A stretch of DNA of 64,000 nucleotides from Eledone cirrhosa (lineage: Eukaryota): the NCBI GenBank assembly GCA_964016885.1, contig OZ024744.1:16740001-16804000 (forward strand). Direction: 5' to 3'. The position numbers were made by a program, and so were the translations under genes. Positions 1 through 13,208 of this stretch are shown piece after piece. The notes below the pieces were generated by a model, which saw only the letters and a program-made list of their open reading frames with translations, did not search any database and had not been told where the DNA came from. The first letter of the stretch is position 1. Every line of letters begins with the position of its first letter.

Positions 1-556
1 ATGTGTCCTGTGTTTACTGTAGTAATGTGTAAAGTGTACTGTTCACCTGAAGAATATGTCCTGTGTTTACTGTAGTACTGTGTAAAGTGTACTGTTCAGC
101 TGAAGAATGTGTCCTGTGTTTAATGTAGTACTCTGTAAAGTGTACTGTTCACCTGAAGAATGTGTCCAGTGTTTTCTGTAGTACTGCGTAAAGTGTACTG
201 TTCACCTGAAGAATGTGTCCTGTGTTTACTGTAGTACTGTGTAAAGTGTACTTTTCACCTGAAGAATGCGTCCTGTGTTTTCTGTAGTACTGCGTAAAGT
301 GTACTGTTCACCTGAAGAATGTGTCCTGTGTTTACTGTGGTACTGTGTAAAGTGTACTGTTCACCTGAAGAACGTGTCATGTGTTTACTGTGGTACTGTG
401 TAAAGTGTACTGTTCATCTGAAGAATGTGTCCTGTGTTTACTGTAGTAATGTGTAAAGTGTGCTGTTCAGCTGAAGAATATGTCCTGTGTTTACTGTGGT
501 ACGGTGTAAAGTGTACTGTTCACCTGAAGAATATGTCCCGTGTTTACTGTAGTACT

Positions 557-3500
557 GTGTAAAGTGTACTGTTCACCTGAAGAATGTGTCCTGTGTTTAC
601 TGTAGAACTGTGTAAAGTGTACTGTTCAGCTGAAGAATGTGTCCTGTGTTTACTGTAGTACTGTGTAAAGTGTACTGTTCAGCTGAAGAATGTCTCCTGT
701 GTCTACTGTAGTACTGTGTAAAGTATAATGCACAGCTGATGAAAGTGTCCTGTGTTTACTGTAGTACTGTGTAAAATTTACTGTTCACCTGAAGAATGTG
801 TACTGTGTTTACGGTAGTACTGTGTAAAGTGTACTCTTCACCTGAAGAATGTGTCCTGTGTTTACTGTAGTACTGTGTAAAGTGTACTGTTCACCTGAAG
901 AATGTATCCTGTGTCTACTGTAGTACTGTGGTACTGAGTAAAGCGTATTGTTCAGCTGAAGGATGTGTCCTGTGTTTACTGTAGTACTGTGTAACATGTA
1001 CTGTTCAGCTAACTAATGGTTCCTGTGTTTACTGTAGTACTGTGTAAAGTGTACTGTTCACCTGAATAATGTGTCCTGTGTTTACTGTCGTACTGTGTAA
1101 AGTGTACTGTTCACCTGAATAATGTGTCCTGTGTTTACTGTCGTACTGTGTAAAGTGTACTCTTCACCTGAAGAATGTGTCCTGTGTTTGCTGCAGTACT
1201 GTGTAAAGTGTACTGTTCACCTGACGAATGTGTCCTGTGTTTATTGTAGTACTGTGTAATGTGTACTGTTCAGCTGAAGAATGTGTCCTGTGTTTACTGT
1301 AGTACTGTGTAAAGTGTACTGTTCACCTGAAGAATGTGTCCTGTGTTTACTGTATGTACTGTGTAAAGTGTACTGTTGACCTGAAGAATGTGACCTGTGT
1401 TTACTGTAGTACTGCGTAAAGTGTACTGTTCATCTGAAGAATGTGTCCTGTGTTTATTGTAGTAATGTGTAAATTATACTGTTCACCTGAAGAATGTGTC
1501 CTGTGTTTACTGTGGTACTGTGTAAAGTGTACTGTTCACCTGAAGAATGTGTCCTGTGTTTACTGTGGTACTATGTAAAGTGTACTATTCACCTGAAAAA
1601 TGTGTCCTGTGTTTACTGTAGTAATGTGTAAAGTGTACAGTTAACCTGAAACATGTGTCCTGTGTTTACTGTGGTACTGTGTAAAGTGTACTGTTCACCT
1701 GAAGAATGTGTCCTGTGTTTGCTGTAGTAATGTGTAAAGTGTACTGTTCACCTGAAGAATGTGTCCTGTGTTTACTGTGGTACTGTGTAAAGTGTACTGT
1801 TCACCTGAAGCATGTGTCCTGTGTTTACTGTAGTAATGTGTAAAGTGTACTGTTCACCTGAAGAATATGTCCTGTGTTTACTGTAGTACTGTGTAAAGTG
1901 TACTGTTCATCTGAAGAATATGTCCTGTGTTTACTGTAGTACTGTGTAAAGTATAATGTTTAGCTGAAGAAAGTGTCCTGTATTTACTGTAGTACTGTGT
2001 AAAGTGTACTGTTCACCTGAAGAATGTGTCCTGTGTTTACTGTGGTACAGTGTAAAGTGTACTGTTCACCTGAAGAAAGTGTCCTGTGTTTACTGTAGTA
2101 ACGTGTAAAGTGTACTGTTCACTTGAAGAATGTGTCCTGTGTTTACTGTAGTACTGTGTAAAGTGTACTGTTCACCTGAAGAATGTGTCCTGTGTTTACT
2201 GTAGTACTGTGTAAAGTGTACTGTTCAGCTGAAGAATGTGTCCTGTGTTTACTGTAGTACTGTGTAAAGTGTACTGTTCACCTGAAGAATGTGTCCTGTG
2301 TTGACTGTAGTACTGTGTATAGTGTATTGTTCACATGAAGAATGTGTCCTGTGTTTACTGTAGTACTGTGTAAAGTGTACTGTTCACCTGACGAATGTGT
2401 CCTGTGTTTACTGTAGTACAGTGTAATGTGTACTGTTCAGCTGAAGAATGTGTCCTGTGTTTACTGTAGTACTGTGTAAAGTGTACTGTTCACCTGAAGA
2501 ATGTGTCCTGTGTTTAATGTAGTACTCTGTAAAGTGTACTGTTCACCTGAAGAATGTGTCCAGTGTTTTCTGTAGTACTGCGTAAAGTGTACTGTTCACC
2601 TGAAGAATGTGTCCTGTGTTTACTGTAGTACTGTGTAAAGTGTAATTTTCACCTGAAGAATGTGTCCTGTGTTTTCTGTAGTACTGCGTAAAGTGTACTG
2701 TTCACCTGAAGAATGTGTCCTGTGTTTACTGTGGTACTGTGTAAAGTGTACTGTTCACTTGAAGAACGTGTCATGTGTTTACTGTGGTACTGTGTAAAGT
2801 GTACTGTTCACCTGAAGAATATGTCCCGTGTTTAATGTAGTACTGTGTAAAGTGTACTGTTCACCTGAAGTATGTGTCCTGTGTTTACTGTAGAACTGTG
2901 TAAAGTGTACTGTTCAGCTGAAGAATGTGTCCTGTGTTTACTGTAGTACTGTGTAAAGTGTACTGCTCAGCTGAAGAATGTGTCCTGTGTTTACTGTCGT
3001 ACTGTGTAAAGTGTACTGTTCAGCTGAAAAATGTGTCCTGTGTTTGCTGCAGTACTGTGTAAAGTGTACAGTTCAGCTGAAGAATGTGTCCTGTGTTTAC
3101 TGTAGTACTGTGTAAAGTGTACTGTTCACCTGACGAACGTGTCCTGTGTTTGTGGTAGTAATGTGTAAAGTGTACTGTTCACCTGAAGAATGTGTCCTGT
3201 GTTTAATGTAGTACTGTGTAAAGTGTACTGTTCACCTGAAGAATGTGTCCCCTGTTTACTGTAGTACTGTGTAAAGTGTACTGTTCAGCTGAAGAATGTG
3301 TCCTGTGTTTACTGTAGTACTGTGTATAGTGTACTGTTCACCTGCAGAAAGTGTCCTGTGTTTACTGTAGTAACGTGTAAAGTGTACTGTTCACCTGAAG
3401 AATATGTCCTGTGTTTACTGTAGTACTGTGTAAAGTGTACTGTTCACCTGAAGAATGTGTCCTGTGTTGACTGTGGTACAGTGTAAAGGGTACTGTTCAG

Positions 3501-6500
3501 CTGAGGAATGTGTCCTGTGTTTACTGTAGTACTGTGTAAAGTGTACTGTTCAGCTGAAGAATGTGTCCTGTGTTTACTGTAGTACTGTGTAAAGTGTACT
3601 GTTCACCTGAAGAATGTGTCCTGTGTTTACTGTAGTACTGTGTAAAGTGTACTGTTGACCTGAAGAATGTGTCCTGTGTTTACTGTAGTACTGCGTAAAG
3701 TGTACTGTTCACCTGAAGAATGTGTCCTGTGTTTACTGTAGTACTGTGTAACATGTACTGTTCAGCTAACTAATGGTTCCTGTGTTTACTGTAGTACTGT
3801 GTAAAGTGTACTCTTCACCTGAATAATGTGTCCTGTGTTTACTGTCGTACTGTGTAAAGTGTACTCTTCACCTGAAGAATGTGTCCTGTGTTTGCTGCAG
3901 TACTGTGTAAAGTGTACTGTTCACCTGACGAATGTGTCCTGTGTTTATTGTAGTAATGTGTAAAGTGTACTGTTCACCTGAAGAATATGTCCTGTGTTTA
4001 CTGTAGTACTGTGTAAAGTGTACTGTTCATCTGAAGAATATGTCCTGTGTTTACTGTAGTACTGTGTAAAGTATAATGTTTAGCTGAAGAAAGTGTCCTG
4101 TGTTTACTGTAGTACTGTGTAAAGTGTACTGTTCACCTGAAGAATGTGTCCTGTGTTTACTGTGGTACAGTGTAAAGTGTACTGTTCACCTGAAGAAAGT
4201 GTCCTGTGTTTACTGTAGTAACGTGTAAAGTGTACTGTTCACTTGAAGAATGTGTCCTGTGTTTACTGTAGTACTGTGTAAAGTGTACTGTTCACCTGAA
4301 GAATGTGTCCTGCGTTTACTGTAGTACTGTGTAAAGTGTACTGTTCAGCTGAAGAATGTGTCCTGTGTTTACTGTAGTACTGTGTAAAGTGTACTGTTCA
4401 CCTGAAGAATGTGTCCTGTGTTGACTGTAGTACTGTGTATAGTGTATTGTTCACATGAAGAATGTGTCCTGTGTTTACTGTAGTACTGTGTAAAGTGTAC
4501 TGTTCACCTGACGAATGTGTCCTGTGTTTACTGTAGTACAGTGTAATGTGTACTGTTCAGCTGAAGAATGTGTCCTGTGTTTACTGTAGTACTGTGTAAA
4601 GTGTACTGTTCACCTGAAGAATGTGTCCTGTGTTTAATGTAGTACTCTGTAAAGTGTACTGTTCACCTGAAGAATGTGTCCAGTGTTTTCTGTAGTACTG
4701 CGTAAAGTGTACTGTTCACCTGAAGAATGTGTCCTGTGTTTACTGTAGTACTGTGTAAAGTGTAATTTTCACCTGAAGAATGTGTCCTGTGTTTTCTGTA
4801 GTACTGCGTAAAGTGTACTGTTCACCTGAAGAACGTGTCCTGTGTTTACTGTGGTACTGTGTAAAGTGTACTGTTCACTTGAAGAACGTGTCATGTGTTT
4901 ACTGTGGTACAGTGTAAAGTGTATTGTTCACATGAAGAATGTGTCCTGTGTTTACTGTACTACTGTGTAAAGTGTACTGTTCACCTGACGAATGTGTCCT
5001 GTGTTTACTGTAGTAATGTGTAAAGTGTGCTGTTCAGCTGAAGAATATGTCCTGTGTTTACTGTGGTACGGTGTAAAGTGTACTGTTCACCTGAAGAATA
5101 TGTCCCGTGTTTACTGTAGTACTGTGTAAAGTGTACTGTTCACCTGAAGTATGTGTCCTGTGTTTACTGTAGAACTGTGTAAAGTGTACTGTTCAGCTGA
5201 AGAATGTGTCCTGTGTTTACTGTAGTACTGTGTAAAGTGTACTGCTCAGCTGAAGAATGTGTCCTGTGTTTACTGTCGTACTGTGTAAAGTGTACTGTTC
5301 AACTGAAAAATGTGTCCTGTGTTTGCTGCAGTACTGTGTAAAGTGTACAGTTCAGCTGAAGAATGTGTCCTGTGTTTACTGTAGTACTGTGTAAAGTGTA
5401 CTGTTCACCTGACGAACGTGTCCTGTGTTTATGGTAGTAATGTGTAAAGTGTACTGTTCACCTGAAGAATGTGTCCTGTGTTTAATGTAGTACTGTGTAA
5501 AGTGTACTGTTCACCTGAAGAATGTGTCCCCTGTTTACTGTAGTACTGTGTAAAGTGTACTGTTCAGCTGAAGAAAGTGTCCTGTGTTTACTGTAGTACT
5601 GTGTAAAGTGTACTGTTCACCTGAAGAATGTGTCCTGTGTTTACTGTAGTACTGTGTATAGTGTACTGTTCACCTGCAGAAAGTGTCCTGTGTTTACTGT
5701 AGTAACGTGTAAAGTGTACTGTTCACCTGAAGAATATGTCCTGTGTTTACTGTAGTACTGTGTAAAGTGTACTGTTCACCTGAAGAATGTGTCCTGTGTT
5801 GAGTGTGGTACAGTGTAAAGGGTACTGTTCAGCTGAGGAATGTGTCCTGTGTTTACTGTAGTACTGTGTAAAGTGTACTGTTCAGCTGAAGAATGTGTCC
5901 TGTGTTTACTGTAGTACTGTGTAAAGTGTACTGTTCACCTGAAGAATGTGTCCTGTGTTTACTGTAGTACTGTGTAAAGTGTACTGTTGACCTGAAGAAT
6001 GTGTCCTGTGTTTACTGTAGTACTGCGTAAAGTGTACTGTTCACCTGAAGAATGTGTCCTGTGTTTACTGTAGTACTGTGTAACATGTACTGTTCAGCTA
6101 ACTAATGGTTCCTGTGTTTACTGTAGTACTGTGTAAAGTGTACTCTTCACCTGAATAATGTGTCCTGTGTTTACTGTCGTACTGTGTAAAGTGTACTCTT
6201 CACCTGAAGAATGTGTCCTGTGTTTGCTGCAGTACTGTGTAAAGTGTACTGTTCACCTGACGAATGTGTCCTGTGTTTATTGTAGTACTGTGTAATGTGT
6301 ACTGTTCAGCTGAAGAATGTGTCCTGTGTTTACTGTAGTACTGTGTAAAGTGTACTGTTCACCTGAAGAATGTGTCCTGTGTTTGCTGTAGTAATGTGTA
6401 AAGTGTACTGTTCACCTGAAGAATGTGTCCTGTGTTTACTGTGGTACTGTGTAAAGTGTACTGTTCACCTGAAGAATGTGTCCTGTGTTTGCTGTAGTAA

Positions 6501-9500
6501 TGTGTAAAGTGTACTGTTCACCTGAAGAATGTGTCCTGTGTTTACTGTGGTACTGTGTAAAGTGTACTGTTCACCTGAAGCATGTGTCCTGTGTTTACTG
6601 TAGTAATGTGTAAAGTGTACTGTTCACCTGAAGAATATGTCCTGTGTTTACTGTAGTACTGTGTAAAGTGTACTGTTCATCTGAAGAATATGTCCTGTGT
6701 TTACTGTAGTACTGTGTAAAGTATAATGTTTAGCTGAAGAAAGTGTCCTGTGTTTACTGTAGTACTGTGTAAAGTGTACTGTTCACCTGAAGAATGTGTC
6801 CTGTGTTTACTGTGGTACAGTGTAAAGTGTACTGTTCACCTGAAGAAAGTGTCCTGTGTTTACTGTAGTAACGTGTAAAGTGTACTGTTCACCTGAAGAA
6901 TGTGTCCTGTGTTTACTGTAGAACTGTGTAAAGTGTACTGTTCAGCTGAAGAATGTGTCCTGTGTTTACTGTAGTACTGTGTAAAGTGTACTGTTCAGCT
7001 GAAGAATGTCTCCTGTGTCTACTGTAGTACTGTGTAAAGTATAATGCACAGCTGATGAAAGTGTCCTGTGTTTACTGTAGTACTGTGTAAAATTTACTGT
7101 TCACCTGAAGAATGTGTACTGTGTTTACGGTAGTACTGTGTAAAGTGTACTCTTCACCTGAAGAATGTGTCCTGTGTTTACTGTAGTACTGTGTAAAGTG
7201 TACTGTTCACCTGAAGAATGTATCCTGTGTCTACTGTAGTACTGTGGTACTGAGTAAAGCGTATTGTTCAGCTGAAGGATGTGTCCTGTGTTTACTGTAG
7301 TACTGTGTAACATGTACTGTTCAGCTAACTAATGGTTCCTGTGTTTACTGTAGTACTGTGTAAAGTGTACTGTTCACCTGAATAATGTGTCCTGTGTTTA
7401 CTGTCGTACTGTGTAAAGTGTACTGTTCACCTGAATAATGTGTCCTGTGTTTACTGTCGTACTGTGTAAAGTGTACTCTTCACCTGAAGAATGTGTCCTG
7501 TGTTTGCTGCAGTACTGTGTAAAGTGTACTGTTCACCTGACGAATGTGTCCTGTGTTTATTGTAGTACTGTGTAATGTGTACTGTTCAGCTGAAGAATGT
7601 GTCCTGTGTTTACTGTAGTACTGTGTAAAGTGTACTGTTCACCTGAAGAATGTGTCCTGTGTTTACTGTATGTACTGTGTAAAGTGTACTGTTGACCTGA
7701 AGAATGTGACCTGTGTTTACTGTAGTACTGCGTAAAGTGTACTGTTCATCTGAAGAATGTGTCCTGTGTTTATTGTAGTAATGTGTAAATTATACTGTTC
7801 ACCTGAAGAATGTGTCCTGTGTTTACTGTGGTACTGTGTAAAGTGTACTGTTCACCTGAAGAATGTGTCCTGTGTTTACTGTGGTACTATGTAAAGTGTA
7901 CTATTCACCTGAAAAATGTGTCCTGTGTTTACTGTAGTAATGTGTAAAGTGTACAGTTAACCTGAAACATGTGTCCTGTGTTTACTGTGGTACTGTGTAA
8001 AGTGTACTGTTCACCTGAAGAATGTGTCCTGTGTTTGCTGTAGTAATGTGTAAAGTGTACTGTTCACCTGAAGAATGTGTCCTGTGTTTACTGTGGTACT
8101 GTGTAAAGTGTACTGTTCACCTGAAGCATGTGTCCTGTGTTTACTGTAGTAATGTGTAAAGTGTACTGTTCACCTGAAGAATATGTCCTGTGTTTACTGT
8201 AGTACTGTGTAAAGTGTACTGTTCATCTGAAGAATATGTCCTGTGTTTACTGTAGTACTGTGTAAAGTATAATGTTTAGCTGAAGAAAGTGTCCTGTATT
8301 TACTGTAGTACTGTGTAAAGTGTACTGTTCACCTGAAGAATGTGTCCTGTGTTTACTGTGGTACAGTGTAAAGTGTACTGTTCACCTGAAGAAAGTGTCC
8401 TGTGTTTACTGTAGTAACGTGTAAAGTGTACTGTTCACTTGAAGAATGTGTCCTGTGTTTACTGTAGTACTGTGTAAAGTGTACTGTTCACCTGAAGAAT
8501 GTGTCCTGTGTTTACTGTAGTACTGTGTAAAGTGTACTGTTCAGCTGAAGAATGTGTCCTGTGTTTACTGTAGTACTGTGTAAAGTGTACTGTTCACCTG
8601 AAGAATGTGTCCTGTGTTGACTGTAGTACTGTGTATAGTGTATTGTTCACATGAAGAATGTGTCCTGTGTTTACTGTAGTACTGTGTAAAGTGTACTGTT
8701 CACCTGACGAATGTGTCCTGTGTTTACTGTAGTACAGTGTAATGTGTACTGTTCAGCTGAAGAATGTGTCCTGTGTTTACTGTAGTACTGTGTAAAGTGT
8801 ACTGTTCACCTGAAGAATGTGTCCTGTGTTTAATGTAGTACTCTGTAAAGTGTACTGTTCACCTGAAGAATGTGTCCAGTGTTTTCTGTAGTACTGCGTA
8901 AAGTGTACTGTTCACCTGAAGAATGTGTCCTGTGTTTACTGTAGTACTGTGTAAAGTGTAATTTTCACCTGAAGAATGTGTCCTGTGTTTTCTGTAGTAC
9001 TGCGTAAAGTGTACTGTTCACCTGAAGAATGTGTCCTGTGTTTACTGTGGTACTGTGTAAAGTGTACTGTTCACTTGAAGAACGTGTCATGTGTTTACTG
9101 TGGTACTGTGTAAAGTGTACTGTTCACCTGAAGAATATGTCCCGTGTTTAATGTAGTACTGTGTAAAGTGTACTGTTCACCTGAAGTATGTGTCCTGTGT
9201 TTACTGTAGAACTGTGTAAAGTGTACTGTTCAGCTGAAGAATGTGTCCTGTGTTTACTGTAGTACTGTGTAAAGTGTACTGCTCAGCTGAAGAATGTGTC
9301 CTGTGTTTACTGTCGTACTGTGTAAAGTGTACTGTTCAGCTGAAAAATGTGTCCTGTGTTTGCTGCAGTACTGTGTAAAGTGTACAGTTCAGCTGAAGAA
9401 TGTGTCCTGTGTTTACTGTAGTACTGTGTAAAGTGTACTGTTCACCTGACGAACGTGTCCTGTGTTTGTGGTAGTAATGTGTAAAGTGTACTGTTCACCT

Positions 9501-12500
9501 GAAGAATGTGTCCTGTGTTTAATGTAGTACTGTGTAAAGTGTACTGTTCACCTGAAGAATGTGTCCCCTGTTTACTGTAGTACTGTGTAAAGTGTACTGT
9601 TCAGCTGAAGAATGTGTCCTGTGTTTACTGTAGTACTGTGTATAGTGTACTGTTCACCTGCAGAAAGTGTCCTGTGTTTACTGTAGTAACGTGTAAAGTG
9701 TACTGTTCACCTGAAGAATATGTCCTGTGTTTACTGTAGTACTGTGTAAAGTGTACTGTTCACCTGAAGAATGTGTCCTGTGTTGACTGTGGTACAGTGT
9801 AAAGGGTACTGTTCAGCTGAGGAATGTGTCCTGTGTTTACTGTAGTACTGTGTAAAGTGTACTGTTCAGCTGAAGAATGTGTCCTGTGTTTACTGTAGTA
9901 CTGTGTAAAGTGTACTGTTCACCTGAAGAATGTGTCCTGTGTTTACTGTAGTACTGTGTAAAGTGTACTGTTGACCTGAAGAATGTGTCCTGTGTTTACT
10001 GTAGTACTGCGTAAAGTGTACTGTTCACCTGAAGAATGTGTCCTGTGTTTACTGTAGTACTGTGTAACATGTACTGTTCAGCTAACTAATGGTTCCTGTG
10101 TTTACTGTAGTACTGTGTAAAGTGTACTCTTCACCTGAATAATGTGTCCTGTGTTTACTGTCGTACTGTGTAAAGTGTACTCTTCACCTGAAGAATGTGT
10201 CCTGTGTTTGCTGCAGTACTGTGTAAAGTGTACTGTTCACCTGACGAATGTGTCCTGTGTTTATTGTAGTAATGTGTAAAGTGTACTGTTCACCTGAAGA
10301 ATATGTCCTGTGTTTACTGTAGTACTGTGTAAAGTGTACTGTTCATCTGAAGAATATGTCCTGTGTTTACTGTAGTACTGTGTAAAGTATAATGTTTAGC
10401 TGAAGAAAGTGTCCTGTGTTTACTGTAGTACTGTGTAAAGTGTACTGTTCACCTGAAGAATGTGTCCTGTGTTTACTGTGGTACAGTGTAAAGTGTACTG
10501 TTCACCTGAAGAAAGTGTCCTGTGTTTACTGTAGTAACGTGTAAAGTGTACTGTTCACTTGAAGAATGTGTCCTGTGTTTACTGTAGTACTGTGTAAAGT
10601 GTACTGTTCACCTGAAGAATGTGTCCTGCGTTTACTGTAGTACTGTGTAAAGTGTACTGTTCAGCTGAAGAATGTGTCCTGTGTTTACTGTAGTACTGTG
10701 TAAAGTGTACTGTTCACCTGAAGAATGTGTCCTGTGTTGACTGTAGTACTGTGTATAGTGTATTGTTCACATGAAGAATGTGTCCTGTGTTTACTGTAGT
10801 ACTGTGTAAAGTGTACTGTTCACCTGACGAATGTGTCCTGTGTTTACTGTAGTACAGTGTAATGTGTACTGTTCAGCTGAAGAATGTGTCCTGTGTTTAC
10901 TGTAGTACTGTGTAAAGTGTACTGTTCACCTGAAGAATGTGTCCTGTGTTTAATGTAGTACTCTGTAAAGTGTACTGTTCACCTGAAGAATGTGTCCAGT
11001 GTTTTCTGTAGTACTGCGTAAAGTGTACTGTTCACCTGAAGAATGTGTCCTGTGTTTACTGTAGTACTGTGTAAAGTGTAATTTTCACCTGAAGAATGTG
11101 TCCTGTGTTTTCTGTAGTACTGCGTAAAGTGTACTGTTCACCTGAAGAACGTGTCCTGTGTTTACTGTGGTACTGTGTAAAGTGTACTGTTCACTTGAAG
11201 AACGTGTCATGTGTTTACTGTGGTACAGTGTAAAGTGTATTGTTCACATGAAGAATGTGTCCTGTGTTTACTGTACTACTGTGTAAAGTGTACTGTTCAC
11301 CTGACGAATGTGTCCTGTGTTTACTGTAGTAATGTGTAAAGTGTGCTGTTCAGCTGAAGAATATGTCCTGTGTTTACTGTGGTACGGTGTAAAGTGTACT
11401 GTTCACCTGAAGAATATGTCCCGTGTTTACTGTAGTACTGTGTAAAGTGTACTGTTCACCTGAAGTATGTGTCCTGTGTTTACTGTAGAACTGTGTAAAG
11501 TGTACTGTTCAGCTGAAGAATGTGTCCTGTGTTTACTGTAGTACTGTGTAAAGTGTACTGCTCAGCTGAAGAATGTGTCCTGTGTTTACTGTCGTACTGT
11601 GTAAAGTGTACTGTTCAACTGAAAAATGTGTCCTGTGTTTGCTGCAGTACTGTGTAAAGTGTACAGTTCAGCTGAAGAATGTGTCCTGTGTTTACTGTAG
11701 TACTGTGTAAAGTGTACTGTTCACCTGACGAACGTGTCCTGTGTTTATGGTAGTAATGTGTAAAGTGTACTGTTCACCTGAAGAATGTGTCCTGTGTTTA
11801 ATGTAGTACTGTGTAAAGTGTACTGTTCACCTGAAGAATGTGTCCCCTGTTTACTGTAGTACTGTGTAAAGTGTACTGTTCAGCTGAAGAAAGTGTCCTG
11901 TGTTTACTGTAGTACTGTGTAAAGTGTACTGTTCACCTGAAGAATGTGTCCTGTGTTTACTGTAGTACTGTGTATAGTGTACTGTTCACCTGCAGAAAGT
12001 GTCCTGTGTTTACTGTAGTAACGTGTAAAGTGTACTGTTCACCTGAAGAATATGTCCTGTGTTTACTGTAGTACTGTGTAAAGTGTACTGTTCACCTGAA
12101 GAATGTGTCCTGTGTTGAGTGTGGTACAGTGTAAAGGGTACTGTTCAGCTGAGGAATGTGTCCTGTGTTTACTGTAGTACTGTGTAAAGTGTACTGTTCA
12201 GCTGAAGAATGTGTCCTGTGTTTACTGTAGTACTGTGTAAAGTGTACTGTTCACCTGAAGAATGTGTCCTGTGTTTACTGTAGTACTGTGTAAAGTGTAC
12301 TGTTGACCTGAAGAATGTGTCCTGTGTTTACTGTAGTACTGCGTAAAGTGTACTGTTCACCTGAAGAATGTGTCCTGTGTTTACTGTAGTACTGTGTAAC
12401 ATGTACTGTTCAGCTAACTAATGGTTCCTGTGTTTACTGTAGTACTGTGTAAAGTGTACTCTTCACCTGAATAATGTGTCCTGTGTTTACTGTCGTACTG

Positions 12501-13208
12501 TGTAAAGTGTACTCTTCACCTGAAGAATGTGTCCTGTGTTTGCTGCAGTACTGTGTAAAGTGTACTGTTCACCTGACGAATGTGTCCTGTGTTTATTGTA
12601 GTACTGTGTAATGTGTACTGTTCAGCTGAAGAATGTGTCCTGTGTTTACTGTAGTACTGTGTAAAGTGTACTGTTCACCTGAAGAATGTGTCCTGTGTTT
12701 GCTGTAGTAATGTGTAAAGTGTACTGTTCACCTGAAGAATGTGTCCTGTGTTTACTGTGGTACTGTGTAAAGTGTACTGTTCACCTGAAGAATGTGTCCT
12801 GTGTTTGCTGTAGTAATGTGTAAAGTGTACTGTTCACCTGAAGAATGTGTCCTGTGTTTACTGTGGTACTGTGTAAAGTGTACTGTTCACCTGAAGCATG
12901 TGTCCTGTGTTTACTGTAGTAATGTGTAAAGTGTACTGTTCACCTGAAGAATATGTCCTGTGTTTACTGTAGTACTGTGTAAAGTGTACTGTTCATCTGA
13001 AGAATATGTCCTGTGTTTACTGTAGTACTGTGTAAAGTATAATGTTTAGCTGAAGAAAGTGTCCTGTGTTTACTGTAGTACTGTGTAAAGTGTACTGTTC
13101 ACCTGAAGAATGTGTCCTGTGTTTACTGTGGTACAGTGTAAAGTGTACTGTTCACCTGAAGAAAGTGTCCTGTGTTTACTGTAGTAACGTGTAAAGTGTA
13201 CTGTTCAC
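557..13208. repeat. Tandem duplication of a 6,316-bp block (119 monomers + 9 bp of insertions)
   Basis: Private variants recur at +6316: GAACT 605/6921, the 8-bp insertion monomer (identical ORFs 809/7125), the TGTATGTACT insertion ~1354/~7670, CCTGCG 4313/10629. Identity breaks at 555-556 vs 6871-6872 and at 6893 vs 13209. Confidence 0.9.

Noticed and set aside
809-7313. 62-aa ORFs at 809-997 and 7125-7313, with HRIHSSGEQY resembling a C2H2 linker
   Set aside because: They are chance read-through of the 53-bp unit (not a multiple of 3, with stops in every trimer) and contain no cysteines. Their identity reflects the 6,316-bp duplication.
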